Assembly: GCF_016433145.1 (NCBI RefSeq)
Contig: NC_058131.1
Span: 369,946,454 to 370,010,453, forward strand
Source of the DNA: Gracilinanus agilis
Taxonomy: Eukaryota
DNA: 64,000 bases
Direction: 5' to 3'
Both the position numbers and the translations under genes were made by a program. Below, one piece after another: positions 1 through 12,700 of the stretch (positions within the stretch are counted from its first letter, which is position 1; each line of letters opens with the position of its first letter). The notes beneath the pieces were generated by a model. The model searched no databases. It had not been told where the DNA came from and worked only from the letters and a program-made list of their open reading frames with translations.

Positions 1-94
1 AGAAACATAAATAGCTAGTGAAGTATAATGTCCCCAAATATACTCTCATAGAACATTCATAGCTAAATAAATTTACCCAATATTTTTCCCAGTT

Positions 95-400
95 ACATGT
101 AAAAACAATTTGACATTAGTTTTCTAGAACTTTAAATTCTAAATTCTCTGCCTCCCTCCCTGAGATGGTAAACAATTTTGATACAGGTTATACATATAAT
201 ATCATGCAAAACATATTTCCATTTTGGTCAGTTGTTAGAAGACACAAAACAAAACCCAAACCACAAAGAATATAGTGAAAAATTGTGTTCTTCCATCTGC
301 ATTAAGATCCCATTAGTTCTTTCTCTGGAGGTGGATAGTATCTTTCATCATAAGTCCTTCAGAATTGTCTTGAATCATTGTCTATTCACAGAGTTTAATT
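95..400 (-). mobile_element. Marsupial L1 3' end / 3'UTR fragment
   Basis: Resembles the L1 3' ends at 25375-25560 and 40255-40450 (atgcaaaacatatttcc...ttctttctctggaggtggatag). Boundaries approximate. Confidence 0.7.
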
Positions 401-542
401 AATGTTAAGAGAAAAAATAAAGGACAACATCAATTCAAAGTTTAATATTGGTACATCTGGAAAATGCTAGAAATTTTGACAAGACATGCAGTTTAAAAAA
501 TATATATATCCACTTACTCACATTACAGGAATTATGGAGTTA

Positions 543-1011
543 TGACTAGGATCTATTCTGTCTCGACTGAAATCTGTGAATAAGAAAAACTGAGCAACAA
601 AGTTCTGAGCACAATCAATTTATTAGCAAAGCTAGCAATTGCCAATAAATGGGGTTCGAGGCTCCTCAGTCACCAAGGTTCCATGCTCCACCCCCAAGTC
701 AAGGCAGTTCTTTTACAGTAAAGTGACACAATCTACTTTTAGCAACATGGGTCTTGAGTTATAACTGGTTAGTAAGAAAGTGGAGGTTTTACACAGCAAC
801 AACTTAAGAGTTCTTGGAATATCTGACATGAACACTTCCTGAAATACATTTGGCATTTATTCTTAAATTTCTCCTAAAAGTGAGTGGTGGATGACTTATA
901 AAAAACTAAAATTGTAAGTTTAAGGAGTTTAAATTCACATAATGGGAAGGAGAATAATAACTAGATTAAGTCTTAATGAAATACAATAGTATCTCAAATT
1001 TTAATTTACCA
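543..1011 (-). mobile_element. 3' LTR of a decayed endogenous retrovirus
   Basis: On the minus strand: TG start at 1011 directly after a polypurine tract (CAAAGGGGGGAATTA, about 1012-1026), AATAAA at 624-619, and a CA end at 543. Confidence 0.65.
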
Positions 1012-3000
1012 TAATTCCCCCCTTTGATTTTGAAGATATGTCTCATCAATACATCACTTAAATAAAACAAAGCTATAAATGGAAATTTAATAACAATCTA
1101 ATGGACCCTATATCCATGAAAATCTTTAAGGTAAAGTAACAATTACAGAATGAAAAAAATTTAGTTAAATCTAGATTTGCAAAACAACTTGGTAATATTC
1201 ATGACTAACTTTGAAAAACTCTTTAGTACAACAACAATAATGTAGAGCCAGAAACAATTATGATGCCCAAAGCGAAGACAACATATTTAACTAGAGTTGC
1301 TAATACACATCTTCCAGGAGCATAACCAAGAAAACCAGGAAGAAGAGTCCTACTAGGGAGAGAATCTTCATTATGTAATTGGGTTTCTGTTATAACCTAT
1401 TGGATTATGTGGTGTATTTTCAACTTCAGTCCCAGACATTCCAAGGTAGTTAGCAGTACTTGGAATGGGCTTTTCCAGACAGGCTGATTTCTGCTGGTCT
1501 GTTGGAAATTCTTGATATAAACGTTATTCTCAAAGTGGAATTCATTCATATAATGAAAAGTCTCAAAGCCCAGCCTATACTGCAGTTCCTACTTTATGAA
1601 ATTCCTTCAGGTAGTTTGCTTGAATCTTTGGGTAACAAGGCTCCAATCAATTTAGTACAGTCCTTGAGAGCCTGACTAAGAACATTAGCCCTTCTATCTC
1701 TTAAAATCATTAAATATTTCAAAATAGGAAAATAATTTCAATTATCAAAGCAATTTTATACATAAATCTTTAATCTTGAAAACTTGTTACTAAAATATTC
1801 TTAGGGCTTATAGATCTTATTTAAAATCCAATTGTATATTCCTAACTCCTATTAGAAAATAATTAGAATTAAATTAGAATTATATAAATAATTAGAATTA
1901 AATTAGAAAATATTCCTATTCCTATTAGAAAATATGATCTTGTTTTTTCAAAATTTACAATTCCATTTAATTAGAAGACCTTTACATTCTTATCTAATTC
2001 CCTCCCTTTTGAGGATATTATCATTCTATCATTATTTACAATATCTATTCATGGATATATTGAAAGAATGAAATACATGAAGGACTCAATCTTATACACA
2101 GCAAGAGGACAAAAAAAAGAACCCATCAGTTGCTCAGAATATTGAGGTGACTATTAATTCAGATTGAAAACAGTAAGATCCTCCACACTTAAAACAGGAT
2201 GCAAGTATGAAAGATCTTACTGAGGCAATCCGAATTATATCCTATTACAGTAACTCAGATGTTTCGGTATTAATCTATTAAGAGATTTAGATTAAGAGAT
2301 TTAATATTACAATAACATATTCACTTCTATTACATAAGTTTGCTATGGGGTCAGAAGAGACATGATTATGACAATATTAAGACTGTCCTCTCAAGGGTAC
2401 AGTGAACTGAAAAAAATTCCATTTAGCTGTTTGATTCCAGGCAAGAGTCAACTGTTAAGAGCCAATCAAAGTTTCCCAAATTATTCAAAGAGTTTCAAAA
2501 GCTAGGCTCACCTTAAGGTGGGAAAATTTCCAATTCAGAAAGAAAACTGCACAATAGGGAAACTGAATCAAGAGGTTCCTACTGTCACCTGTTCCAATTC
2601 AACCCCACAACTTTTCCCTAGCACAAACATCTACAAACATCCTCTTAGGGTAGCACATGGCATCCCCCCATTAATACTGGACTCATGGTTTCTTGACAAT
2701 TTAGTCATGCCTAAAATCAAATCTCTGAACAATATTCAACTATAGTCCCTCAAAATTTTACCTCAAATAACAAAGATTCATTAATCACAGCTTAGAGTTA
2801 AGGTTGTTATTTCTCTTATGTAGCACAAATAAGAACATTTCACTTATCCTTCATTCATAAAATAAACTCCTTCTGGAGTTTTACCCATATAATGAATAGG
2901 TTTGTTCAAAATCCCCAGAAAATTCCTGGCTACTTTGAAGTTTCCAGGTATAAGAATACATATTAGAGTATATCTTTTTTTATTTACAGATATAATTTTG

Positions 3001-3155
3001 GGGGCAGTGAGGTAGCTCAGTGGATAGAGAGCCAGGCCTAGAGATAGGCAGTCCTGGGTTCAAATTTGGCCACAAATACTTCCTAGCTGTACTGTGTGGC
3101 CTTGGGCAAGTCACTTAATTCCAAATGTCTAGCCCTTACTATTCTTCTGTCTAGA
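3001..3155 (+). mobile_element. SINE1_Mdo-like tRNA-derived SINE
   Basis: ggggcag..ggtagctcagtgg A-box head, gggttcaaat B-box, and agcccttactattcttctg tail. Confidence 0.85.
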
Positions 3156-3991
3156 TACATTTTTTACAATTTTCAGAAGTGAAGCTAAATAATCTCAGCT
3201 GGAACTATTTTTTCTGCTATTAGCTAAATTTGTAAATTTCCCCATTTTGGTTGGGAAAGGTTCTAGTTTCTCAAATTGTAGCAGCACTTCAGGGTTTCAA
3301 AACATGCTGTTAGCAGGGCTGATCAGATCTTATGACTTCACTCAAGTTAAAAAGTCCTTCACAGATAAGGATTCCTTTAAAGGGATTTTGCTACTTTTCT
3401 CCAAACAATGAATTATGGCTATTATTTTCCATCTTATAACAAAATGTCAAATGACTTAAATTAAAATATTAAATACTTTGAACACATTTTTAACAGTTCA
3501 ACTTAGAATCTAACAGTGAGTAGGATACAATTTCCCCCAAAATTCACAATATAAGAGACATTTCATACTTGTGTGTTTAAACAAAACTTAATATCAGTTA
3601 TTAATTCAGTTGAATGCATTTTCAAAATATCTTACATGGAAAATTGCTTTTGGCATCCCATAATTATTGTATTCAAGAATATCAATACTTTCCTTTTAAA
3701 AATATTTTTATAATAGTGTTATATGTCTTAGGCTTGGGGTGTGTCCTAAATTTAAAGAATTTTAGAGCCCTGTCTTTTATAGTACTTTAAAATGTTTTAA
3801 ATTTTTTTTGTTATTTTTTTTATTTTCTTAAATGTGTCAGTATAGTAAGTTGCTAATTAATATTACAAGGCAGTTAAGTACTGAGTGAAGTTTCTGTAAA
3901 AGGAAAGAATGAAATCTTAAAAAGTAAAGAATCTTAAAAAGTAAAGATAATGGAATCGATGCCAATTTAGAAAAGCACTCTTTAAATCATA

Positions 3992-4234
3992 AGACAACTG
4001 TTGCGCAGTGGATAGTGCCTGGCCTAGAGTCAGGATAACTCACTTCTTGAGTTCAAATCTGGCCTTAAGCACTTACTAGCTATGTGACCCTGGGAAAGTC
4101 ACATAACCCTGTTAAACTCATCTGTAAAATAAGCTGAAGAAGGAAATAGCAAACCATTCCAGTATCTTTGCCAAGAAAACCTCAAATGGGGTCCTGAAGA
4201 GCCAGACATGACTGGAAAAACTCAACAACATAAC
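3992..4234 (+). mobile_element. Mar1 CORE-SINE (RTE-like tail)
   Basis: CORE sequence followed by gaaggaaatagcaaaccattccagtatctttgccaagaaaac tail. Confidence 0.85.
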
Positions 4235-5859
4235 AAAATGGTAGAGCATCACCAAAGAAATATTTTGTCCAACTGAAGTCCTATAAAATTTTAATATACC
4301 ATTGTATACCCTCTACACAAGTTTAGGCACTATGTCAAGCAGTTCACAACTGTATGATCCTCTCAACAATTCTGGGATGTGGGTGCTATTATTATTATCC
4401 CCTTTACAGATTATGGAGACCGAGGTAAACAGATTTACCACACCTCAGTTTCCCAATCTGTAAAGGAGACAATATTCCAAAAGAAGAACACATCTTACTG
4501 TAAATGAGACCACAAGTTTCAGGACAAAATTTTAATTAAATCCAGTTTGGGTTTACAATCTCAAATGGTTATATCTGGAACCTCAATATTCCCAAAGGGC
4601 ATTTACTGTTAACATTTCAAATTTTAGGGCTCATTTTAGTTAGCTCAAAATCACCCAAAGAACTCAATCATTTCATTTTCTTAATCTTGTCCTTCCAAAT
4701 ACTTTATAAGTGTGGATAAAATATACAATCACTACCTTCCATCCCCAGTGCACCTTCTCTGCGGTTTTAACCTGGGCCTCATATTTTCATTCTCTTGCTT
4801 TGGTTCCTGGGAGGCCCAAAGGGTTGAGATTCACCTTTTCAAGAACAGGTTGTTGGCATGTATAGCCAAATAATTTTTATGCCACAAATGTTACTTTTTA
4901 TTTTTAAATTTGTCCCAATTGCATTCCAGACTATTTATAGAATTAATCTTTGTTTCACTAAACTTTCCCCCTCATAACTTCATACAACTTTTTATTACAA
5001 AACCAATTCCAAGGCTGTCTGTCACCTTTGTGGTTTCTAAAAAGCTTACAATTTCTTGTAAAGTTATATATTTTGTAAAGTTATATATCATTCATTATAC
5101 TTAACTGCTTAGAGCAGTTTTTCTCTTTTCATGGTCAATAAAGAGTTAATAGGCAATTGGATAAATTTAAACTTCAAACTGCTTTAATTGGTGAAATCAC
5201 CCTTATCCTACAATAATAAATCTGCTAGTGTTAAAGATTTAAAAAAAATTTATTCTTACTCTTCCTTGAAACAAAACTTACTAAAATATTTCAACATTTA
5301 TAAACGTATTTAAACCACAATTTGGAAAGTCACAGTAGAGAAATTAGATTTCAGTACAATTTTAGTTTCTAATTAGATTAGAATACCATCCTACTTTGCC
5401 TAGATAATTAAATATTATTGAATCATTTCAAACTAGCTTCAAATTTAGTCTCTTTATTGCCCTCCAGCAAAAGGGAGATTATATGTTCTTAACCTTAATT
5501 TTTAAAACCTCCAAATCTACTAAGATGTTTTAGCATTACTCTAAATTGGAAATTTATGGTAAAAATATTATGATTTGGTCATTGATTTTAATCTTTAGTT
5601 CATAATGTTTTTAAGTTTCTACAAACTGGGAGCAAAGATTCCCTTCCTTCCAATGAGTCTCTTGTCTGCTCTTCTAGCTTTGGCCAGTCAGAAAGGCAGA
5701 GAAAGAGACCTTCCATTTTGAAGTCTTTGAAAGTTCCTGAAGAAAAATACATTTTTCCTCCTTTGGCTGATGAGGCCACAGGAAGAAGTTAATAGTTATT
5801 TACTACAAAACACAGACAATATGGTAAGATAGACACACAAATGTACTTGCATATTTAAA

Positions 5860-6495
5860 CAGTATTTTTTCAATTTCATTTTTATCTTTAATTCCATATT
5901 CTCTACCTCCACCTCCCTCCCCACCTGTTGAGAAGTCAAGAAATATGATACCCATTATACATGTATAATCATACAAAACATTTCTGTATTAGTCATTCTG
6001 GAAAAACAAAAAACAAGAATAATGAAAGGGGAAAAATGTTTCAATCTGTACTCTTGAGACCATTAGCTCTCAATATTAAAATGGAAAGTATTTTATATCA
6101 TGAGTTCTTTGGAGTTGTGTGATTCGTACTGTTGAAAATTAGTTTTTGAATATCCTTACAATATTGCTGTTAATGTATATTGTTCTGGTTCTGATCACTT
6201 TGCATCTGTTCATATGTCTGCCCAGATTTTTCTGAAACCACCCTCTTCCATCATTTCTTACAATATATAATAGCATTTATCATTCATATATAAATTGTTC
6301 AGTCATTCCCCAGTTGATGGATATCCTCCCAGTTTCCAATTATTTACTACAAAAAGAGCTGCAATAAATATTTTTGTTCATTTGGGTCCTTTTCCCTTTT
6401 CTCTGATCTCTTTGGGATATAGTTCTAGTGGTACAATTACTGCAACAAAGAGTATAATAAATTTTATCACCCTTTGGGAAAAGTTTCATATTTAA
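5860..6495 (-). mobile_element. L1 3' fragment (ORF2 C-terminus and 3'UTR)
   Basis: Similar to the L1 ORF2 C-terminal region at 25720-25950 (ttccaattatttactacaaaaagagctgcaataaatattttt). Confidence 0.75.
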
Positions 6496-7104
6496 ACAAT
6501 CTGTCAAGCAATATCCAGTGGCTTATTAAATAAAAATTATAATCCCTGTTTACAGTTTAATGGTGAGATCATAGGAAATAATAAAGCTGATTAGACATGC
6601 CTTAGGACACTGAACCTAGTCTAAGTTGGATAAATAAGTCATAGAATTTTGGCCTATTTTAAATCATTCTGAAAACCTCAAAATATTCTTAAAATGTAAA
6701 GTATCACTAAACACAGGATAAAACATTTATGTTTTCAATTGTTTCATATATTTACATCTTATTTCCCAACAAAAATGCTTAATAAACTAATGTTCATTTA
6801 GGACAGAGGACTTCCTTTTGCAATCCTCAGAGCATCTAAAATAAGAAAAGCAATCTGACATTGTGTCTAATGTCCTAGATTTGGAATAAGGAAGACCTGT
6901 ATTTGAACCTTCCTTCTGACATTTAATAATTCTGAGGGCAAGTAATTTCGCTGAGCCTATTTCCTTGGCTGCAAAATAGAAGTAACACCTCATAGTTTTG
7001 AGGATAAAAAAGGTGCAAAGCACTTTGCAAACCTTAAATGGCCATATAAATCCCAGCTATTATTTTAAGTACCTGTTAAACCCAACTGAGTAAAATATGA
7101 GAAA

Positions 7105-7136
7105 AGAGAGAGAGAGAGTGTGTGTGTGTGTGTGTG
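7105..7136. repeat. Compound (GA)n(GT)n microsatellite
   Basis: Read directly from the sequence. Confidence 0.95.
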
Positions 7137-10124
7137 GTCAAAACTGGTATAGATTAGACTTAGGTGAGGCCAAATGGGATAGTTTAATGAACTAATGCTT
7201 TAGTTAAAATCTAAAACTTACTCAAGGAAAGAGCTTACTATTATGTTATTAAAATTACATTTGGTGAGGAACAGAACCTAAGATAGATTGATCAAGCTCA
7301 TATGAGAGAAGTAAGCCTATAAGGAGAGTACTCTTTAAAAGGGCTAGAGAAAGGAGATTCTATTTCATGCTACTACCTTCTTTTCCCTGGATTTAGTAAG
7401 TAACATAGTTCATCTAAAACCAGACAATTTCGTTCTGTCATAGTAACTAAAGCTTTGTTAGCTCTAAGAATTTAACTGATAGTGTCTCTTTTAAAGGTTT
7501 CCCAGGCATTTTACTATAAAACAATTTACTTAAGTCCTGTAATACTGTATCTAGAACTTGGCTAGTACTTATGAACAGATTCTGCAACAAAGAAATTTGG
7601 TACACCTTACTTTTGTTTTTTTTTCTTTTTTCTTAAATAGTGTATAAGACAATCTAGTAACAGTAGATTTGCCCTGCTCATTTTAAATGGCACTGAAAAC
7701 CTTTCTGAAGTAGGTTTAACTTATTGACTTCTTGGTGGAGGCAGGTAGTGGTATACTTTTGTAGAATCTCATTTTTTCCAGTTTGCACTCAATTCTGGTT
7801 TACATTATGAGAGGGAAGCTGGAAGCAGATACCTATTTTAAATGCCCCCTTAAGAGGGAGCTATGTTTTAAATCTTTGTTGCTAACATAAGGAGGAACAG
7901 GACTAGTGTGTGTGCTTAAGGGAAAAGGTCTCTAGTAGCAAAGAAAGGAGTAGATGATAAGAAGGACGGGAAGTTACTAGATGCTTTGTTTATTCCACAA
8001 TTTTGTCAATTTACAAGTTTAATATAAGAATGAAGATGAATGTCTCTTTCAGGAATACATTACTTCATAGGTTATAAAACTATTTGCAGAAAAGCTGTTC
8101 AGAAAATGGACAAATTCTTCAATTATCCTTTTAGTGATTTTTAATTTTCTTTGCAAGTTGTTCTACCAAATCTAAGTAAATTTATCACAATTAAATGCAA
8201 AGTAGAAAAAAAGTAGGAAAACTTCTAAGCATTATTTTCCAAACACTGCTTGAAATGGATTTTCCATTTAACAGGGAAATTATTTTCTAAGGTTTTGACT
8301 AACAAGTTTTTATCAATGCCTTTTGCTTTTATGCTGGTTATTTCTTAATAAATTCTGCCTTGCCTCACCTAACCCATTCACATAGGTTAATACCTACATG
8401 TAATAATAAAAAAAAAGTTTAAAAAAATGCACTTTTCTCAACCCCACTGCTTTTTGATCAGGATGTTGCTGGTGCAGACCTTAGAAATCAAAGAGGCTAT
8501 AAGACTACTTAAGGAAGAGTTTGGAAATGCCAAGGTAGGCCAAGGAAATCAGCCTAACTTACCCACGTGACAATTCAGAGTAGAAGCAGTCTGAGGTCTC
8601 AGCAGAGCACCTTCAGCACCAAGTTCAAAGCCGGAACTCCTTCACCAGCTAGTAACTCACATATTTGTGTCTGGATATTTCAAGTGGACCAATGGCAGCC
8701 ACTGATTTGGACTGTCCAAAGGGCAGTCCCTGGTTCTTGATTTGATACTTGTTTAATTTATGTGTGATTAATTTATCTCCCCTCCCCTTTGAGGGAGGTG
8801 GGGATAATATAATCTAGATGCCTAGGGTAAGTAGAGTTTTGACTATGAATGGGCTAGAACTAATTCCATTTACACACAGGGTAATAGCAGCAAGTTTTGT
8901 AGAAATTTATATCCCCCTGGGAAACAATTACTTAACTGAGATCACTTTGAAAGACTGTAATTCTGAATAAAGAAGTTAATGCTTAAAGGCCTAAATTAGA
9001 TAAAACTATGGTATATAAATTTTAGTGTTTCATCAGGACCTGGTGTACTAAAGGCATCAAAACACAGTGGATGGATTTGGTGTCTGACTCAGGACCTGCT
9101 CATGACATTAGATGTATGGCCAAAGGAAAGTGACAATCTTTCTGAAAAATAGGGATACGTATTTCTTATGTTGTAAAAATATCTGTATAAAAGCTGTTAG
9201 AAAATGGATACTTCTCATCTGTAAATTAGGGATAATAGTGCAGTGCTTATCTCACAGGGTTGTTATGAAGTTCAAATGAGATATATAAGGTGTTTTATAA
9301 GCTTGAAAGTGCTATATAATGTCAGTTATAAAAATATCTTGGAACACCTAAAGTTGGAAAACAACCTTACAGTTAATCTAGTAAAGAAACTTTACCATAA
9401 TAGCAGCTAGTATTTAAGCTCTTTTAAGGTTTGTAAAGTGTTTTACAAATATAATCTAATTTTGTCTTCACAAGTAAATATCTGAGGCAGAATTTGAACT
9501 CTAGTCTTCCTGACTCCAGATCCAGTACTCTATCGTTTGTGACAACTAGCTGCCTCTCCTACAGATAGACATTTATGAAGTCTCAAGTAAAGCACCCTAA
9601 TGCCACAAAGTGGTTAACTGGCAGGACTGGGCCCAGAAAGCCGTTCTGATTTCAAGTAGATAACTCTTCATTCTTAGAACTGTGGCCAGGGCATTGGAAT
9701 TTGAGTCAGGGCCTCATACTGAGTTTGGAGGAAGGATTCTCTCCCTGGCACCTGCTCTGATTCAGGACCAATAAATTACTTTATATTTGAAGGCATATGC
9801 CCATTGTTATCTTAATGTCACCTTAAATGTGCATTTAAACATGCATTCAATTCAGTAATTATACCACAGGCATGGTGAGCTGACAAAACATTTAATGAGA
9901 CACTTCAAAGAGCTATAAAAAGACAGCAAGCATGAGACAAGTCAGCTTTTGCTTTGTTTGCACAAAGAGACCAGTAGTAACTTGTCTGATCGCTGGAAGA
10001 AGATGTTTTTTTTACTCCCTTCCTTTCCAAATGCCATCTATTGTGCTTCCAAAATCTATGACTCTTATGGTCTAGAACTGTGAATAAGCCTTTGAATCTA
10101 CTGATATTGCAGATGATTACCCAC

Positions 10125-10259
10125 CTTTTGGAGCACCTTCAGGCGATACTTAAGTTTTGAATTTTCTTCTCGCAACTGATCCAAACCAGGAGAAACTCCT
10201 ATACATCCAAAGTTTTTCAATCTATCAATTTCAGCAGTCAGAAACTTAATTTCTTTTTC
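10125..10259 (-). CDS. RARS1: Arginyl-tRNA synthetase, cytoplasmic, coding exon 2 (leucine-zipper region)
   Basis: ccttcctag|[45 protein letters not shown]|gtgggt; 135 nt, phase 0-0. Matches recalled human [18 protein letters not shown]...ENLKLKYRLNILRK. Confidence 0.96.
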
Positions 10260-11516
10260 CTAGGAAGGAAAAAAAAGGGAGGCAAGTTCTTCAGTTACAC
10301 TTCATTTTATATGGTCTGATAAATTGTCTTTATTATATTCAGAGAAGAAATGCCGGTAGAACATACTTTTTTCGACCAATTCAAAGTGGCGGGACAAAGA
10401 TTTAGTCAAAATGGAAGAAAGCAGCTGGTGAGAGCCAATAGCTTAGATTAGTAGACATGATATCAGCTTCCAAATTACCTAGCCAAGATAAAAGGAAAGG
10501 ACCATCCCTTCCTGACCTTCCTTACAGCCCTTCGGTGATTTCCTTTCTCTTTTGGTCTAGTCTCCCCCCCCCCCCCCATATGAACTTTTAACTATAGTTA
10601 AGATGAACTAAGGAACTTTCAAGGATCACTCCTCGGTATTAAGTGCATTACGGATGACCATACAGATTACAAATCTGATTCAGATAAAGAGACAATTAAC
10701 GTACTTTTGCTTCCATTTATTACAAGGTTTCGGTTTCAGATCTGCACAGAGAAGCGTCCATATGGCACGAGATAAGAGACCAAGTGAGTGAAGTATCAAT
10801 AAAATACAGGTGTGGCAGAGCTGTGACCACAAAAGTCCAACTCTCGAACCAATGCTAGTCGAGTATTTAGTGAGTTACATTTTAGGACTTTTCCCAAGAC
10901 ACAGGAACTGAGTGAGCACTGCTCCTAATATTGCCCCTTCCACTCTCCCCATTACGGACTAAGCTCCGTCGAGGCACATTTCCCGACATCGAGGGTTTTC
11001 CTCTAGAAACCTGAGGGAACTGGCCCTTCCTACTGCAATATTGCTTCCATTTCTGCATCCTGCTCTCTCTTTTTAAAATTTTAACACCAAAAACTTTAGA
11101 CAGGGTGATTCCGCCAAATCCCGCTAATCCCAGAGAAATCCTATGAGGAACTTCCGGGAATGTTCAGATGTTGAAGAAAGCCCATCACTCCCAAATACCG
11201 TCCTCCATTTGGGGTTGGACCCAGGCCTAGGCCGCCTGAACCAGATAGTGAAAATGTGGGATTGTGGAAATAAAATAGAGCACTCAAGACCTGAGGCTCC
11301 AAGGGGCGACCTTGGCGGAAGGAGAGTTCAGACTCCTCCAAAGTAGTCCCCGGAGCAGCCAAAGACCTCCCTCCCTCCACTCGCCCTGTGGCCCAGTCTC
11401 GGCCCGGTTCCTGAGGAGTAGCCCTAGGCAGGTCGCGTTCCTCTCAAGGGCTTGAGACAAAGTCCTCGTCCACGTCGTTCTTCCCCTTCTCCGCCCCACC
11501 CCAGCCCGGGCCTGAC

Positions 11517-11561
11517 CTGTTGCAGGAGCCGCGCCGAACACTGAGCAACCAGACCCTCCAT
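11517..11561 (-). CDS. RARS1: Arginyl-tRNA synthetase, cytoplasmic, coding exon 1
   Basis: Strong Kozak (AGG ATG G), MEGLVAQCSARLLQQ|gtcagg; 45 nt. Matches recalled human MDVLVSECSARLLQQ and mouse MDGLVAQCSARLLQQ. Confidence 0.96.
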
Positions 11562-11591
11562 CCTCTCTTCTGGGCCCCTCTCGCCTTATGG

Positions 11592-11605
11592 CCGGAAACG
11601 GAAGT
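11592..11605 (+). promoter_or_regulatory. Tandem ETS/GABP-type sites (CCGGAAACGGAAGT)
   Basis: Two GGAA cores 31-44 nt upstream of the RARS1 ATG, with another CCGGAA near 11650. Typical of TATA-less housekeeping promoters. Confidence 0.6.
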
Positions 11606-12299
11606 TGCTCGCCGATTCCATGAGGAATCGGAAATCCCGCCTTCCAATCCCGGAACTGGCCTTGAGAAAAAAGCCCGGGGAAAGGTGGGGAAGGGAGTTC
11701 CCGGGTCTCTGCTACCCCCTGGCGGGACGTTGGAGTCATTCTGCCCGGAGTCTGTAGGGACACTTACCCGGGATGGTGGAACCTCGTCCTGGTCTGGCTG
11801 AGGGGAGTACAAAGGTTCCGTAGTGTGGCTTTTCTCAGGCCTAGGACTCCTCTCCGTGTCTCCTTTTGTTTGCCTGTCTGTAAAGTGTATGCAGAGTTCC
11901 CTTTCAGGTCCATTTCAAAGTGCTTTAAATGAGGAAAAGTATCCGGGATCACAGGGCTGGGAGCTCTCCGGGCCTCCAAGACAAGGAAACAGGCCCCAGC
12001 GGGGCCTGCGGATTGTCCAAGGTCCCCAAGAGATCGAGGAGCACGCCCCGCACTTCAGATCCTGGATCCGACCTCTTTGCTCCGCACCCCTCTTCCTCTC
12101 AGTTATCTGACCAGCCACCTTATGTAAGGAGGGAAACCAACCCAGCAGGGATGGGCTGCCCGAGGTCCCCGCACCCCTCCCCCCCCCGCCCGGGGGGTTA
12201 AAGGAGACTCCCGAGGCTATCTAGTCCCCCAGACGCATATCACCCATAGCCCCTACACATGGTTTCCCTGTCTTAAGCTTGAAGATCTCTACAAAAGAT

Positions 12300-12700
12300 G
12301 ATCCTGGGGTACCCCTACCTCACTCTTGCCCCCTCTTTTTGGCCCCAGCCTCACTCCTCGTCCTGGTGCATTACCCATGTCCCCCTGCATAACTACCCAG
12401 TCTCCTATTTCGTTCTCCACCCCTCTATCACTCCTGCCTCACAGTTCCCTGCATCATTCTCAGTCTCCCTGCATCGCCTCTCACAATTCTCCAGCATTAC
12501 CCATGCCTGCCTCACTGCCTCACTCCACGTCACTCCTGGTCCCACTACCTCACTCCCAGTTTCTTTGCTTCACTCCCCGTTCTCTCTTCCTCTGAATCAC
12601 CCCCTATTCAGTCATTCCCCTGCCTCACTCCCAAACCCTTCTACTGCATCCCTTCCCCAACCCATTCCACTTTTAGATTTCTCTTACTGTAAGTAAATTT
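12300..12700. repeat. C/T-rich low-complexity tract
   Basis: Degenerate cctcactc/ccctgc units with strong pyrimidine bias on the + strand. Confidence 0.7.

Larger units (their letters stand above)
1012..5850 (-). mobile_element. Degenerate class I (gamma/epsilon-like) ERV internal region (pol remnants), interrupted by SINEs
   Basis: Minus frame 1522-1445 reads VYIKNFQQTSRNQPVWKSPFQVLLTT, matching the integrase C-terminal W-K-G-P-Y/F-x-V-L-L-T-T motif. AIIHC at 3419-3405 resembles the RNase H 'AIIHC' motif. A PPT and LTR lie downstream. The right boundary is uncertain and no 5' LTR was found. Confidence 0.6.
11100..12240. promoter_or_regulatory. CpG island / RARS1 promoter
   Basis: The only GC- and CpG-rich stretch in an AT-rich, CpG-depleted window; it spans RARS1 exon 1. 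Confidence 0.9.

Noticed and set aside
8091-9217. About 30-nt near-duplicate aaaagctgtt(c)agaaaatgga at about 8091 and 9189
   Set aside because: Short, with no flanking structure or functional motif.
1-10124. RARS1 exon 3 (…FGDYQCNSAM…)
   Set aside because: Searched by eye on the minus strand and not found; it probably lies left of the window.
11141-12201. Many overlapping ORFs of 67-159 aa on both strands in the CpG island
   Set aside because: Expected from GC-rich, stop-poor sequence; no recognisable protein. The real coding part is the 45-nt RARS1 exon 1, which the ORF track misses.
12298-12696. 132-aa and 89-aa Pro/Ser/His-rich ORFs
   Set aside because: By-product of a C/T-rich low-complexity tract.
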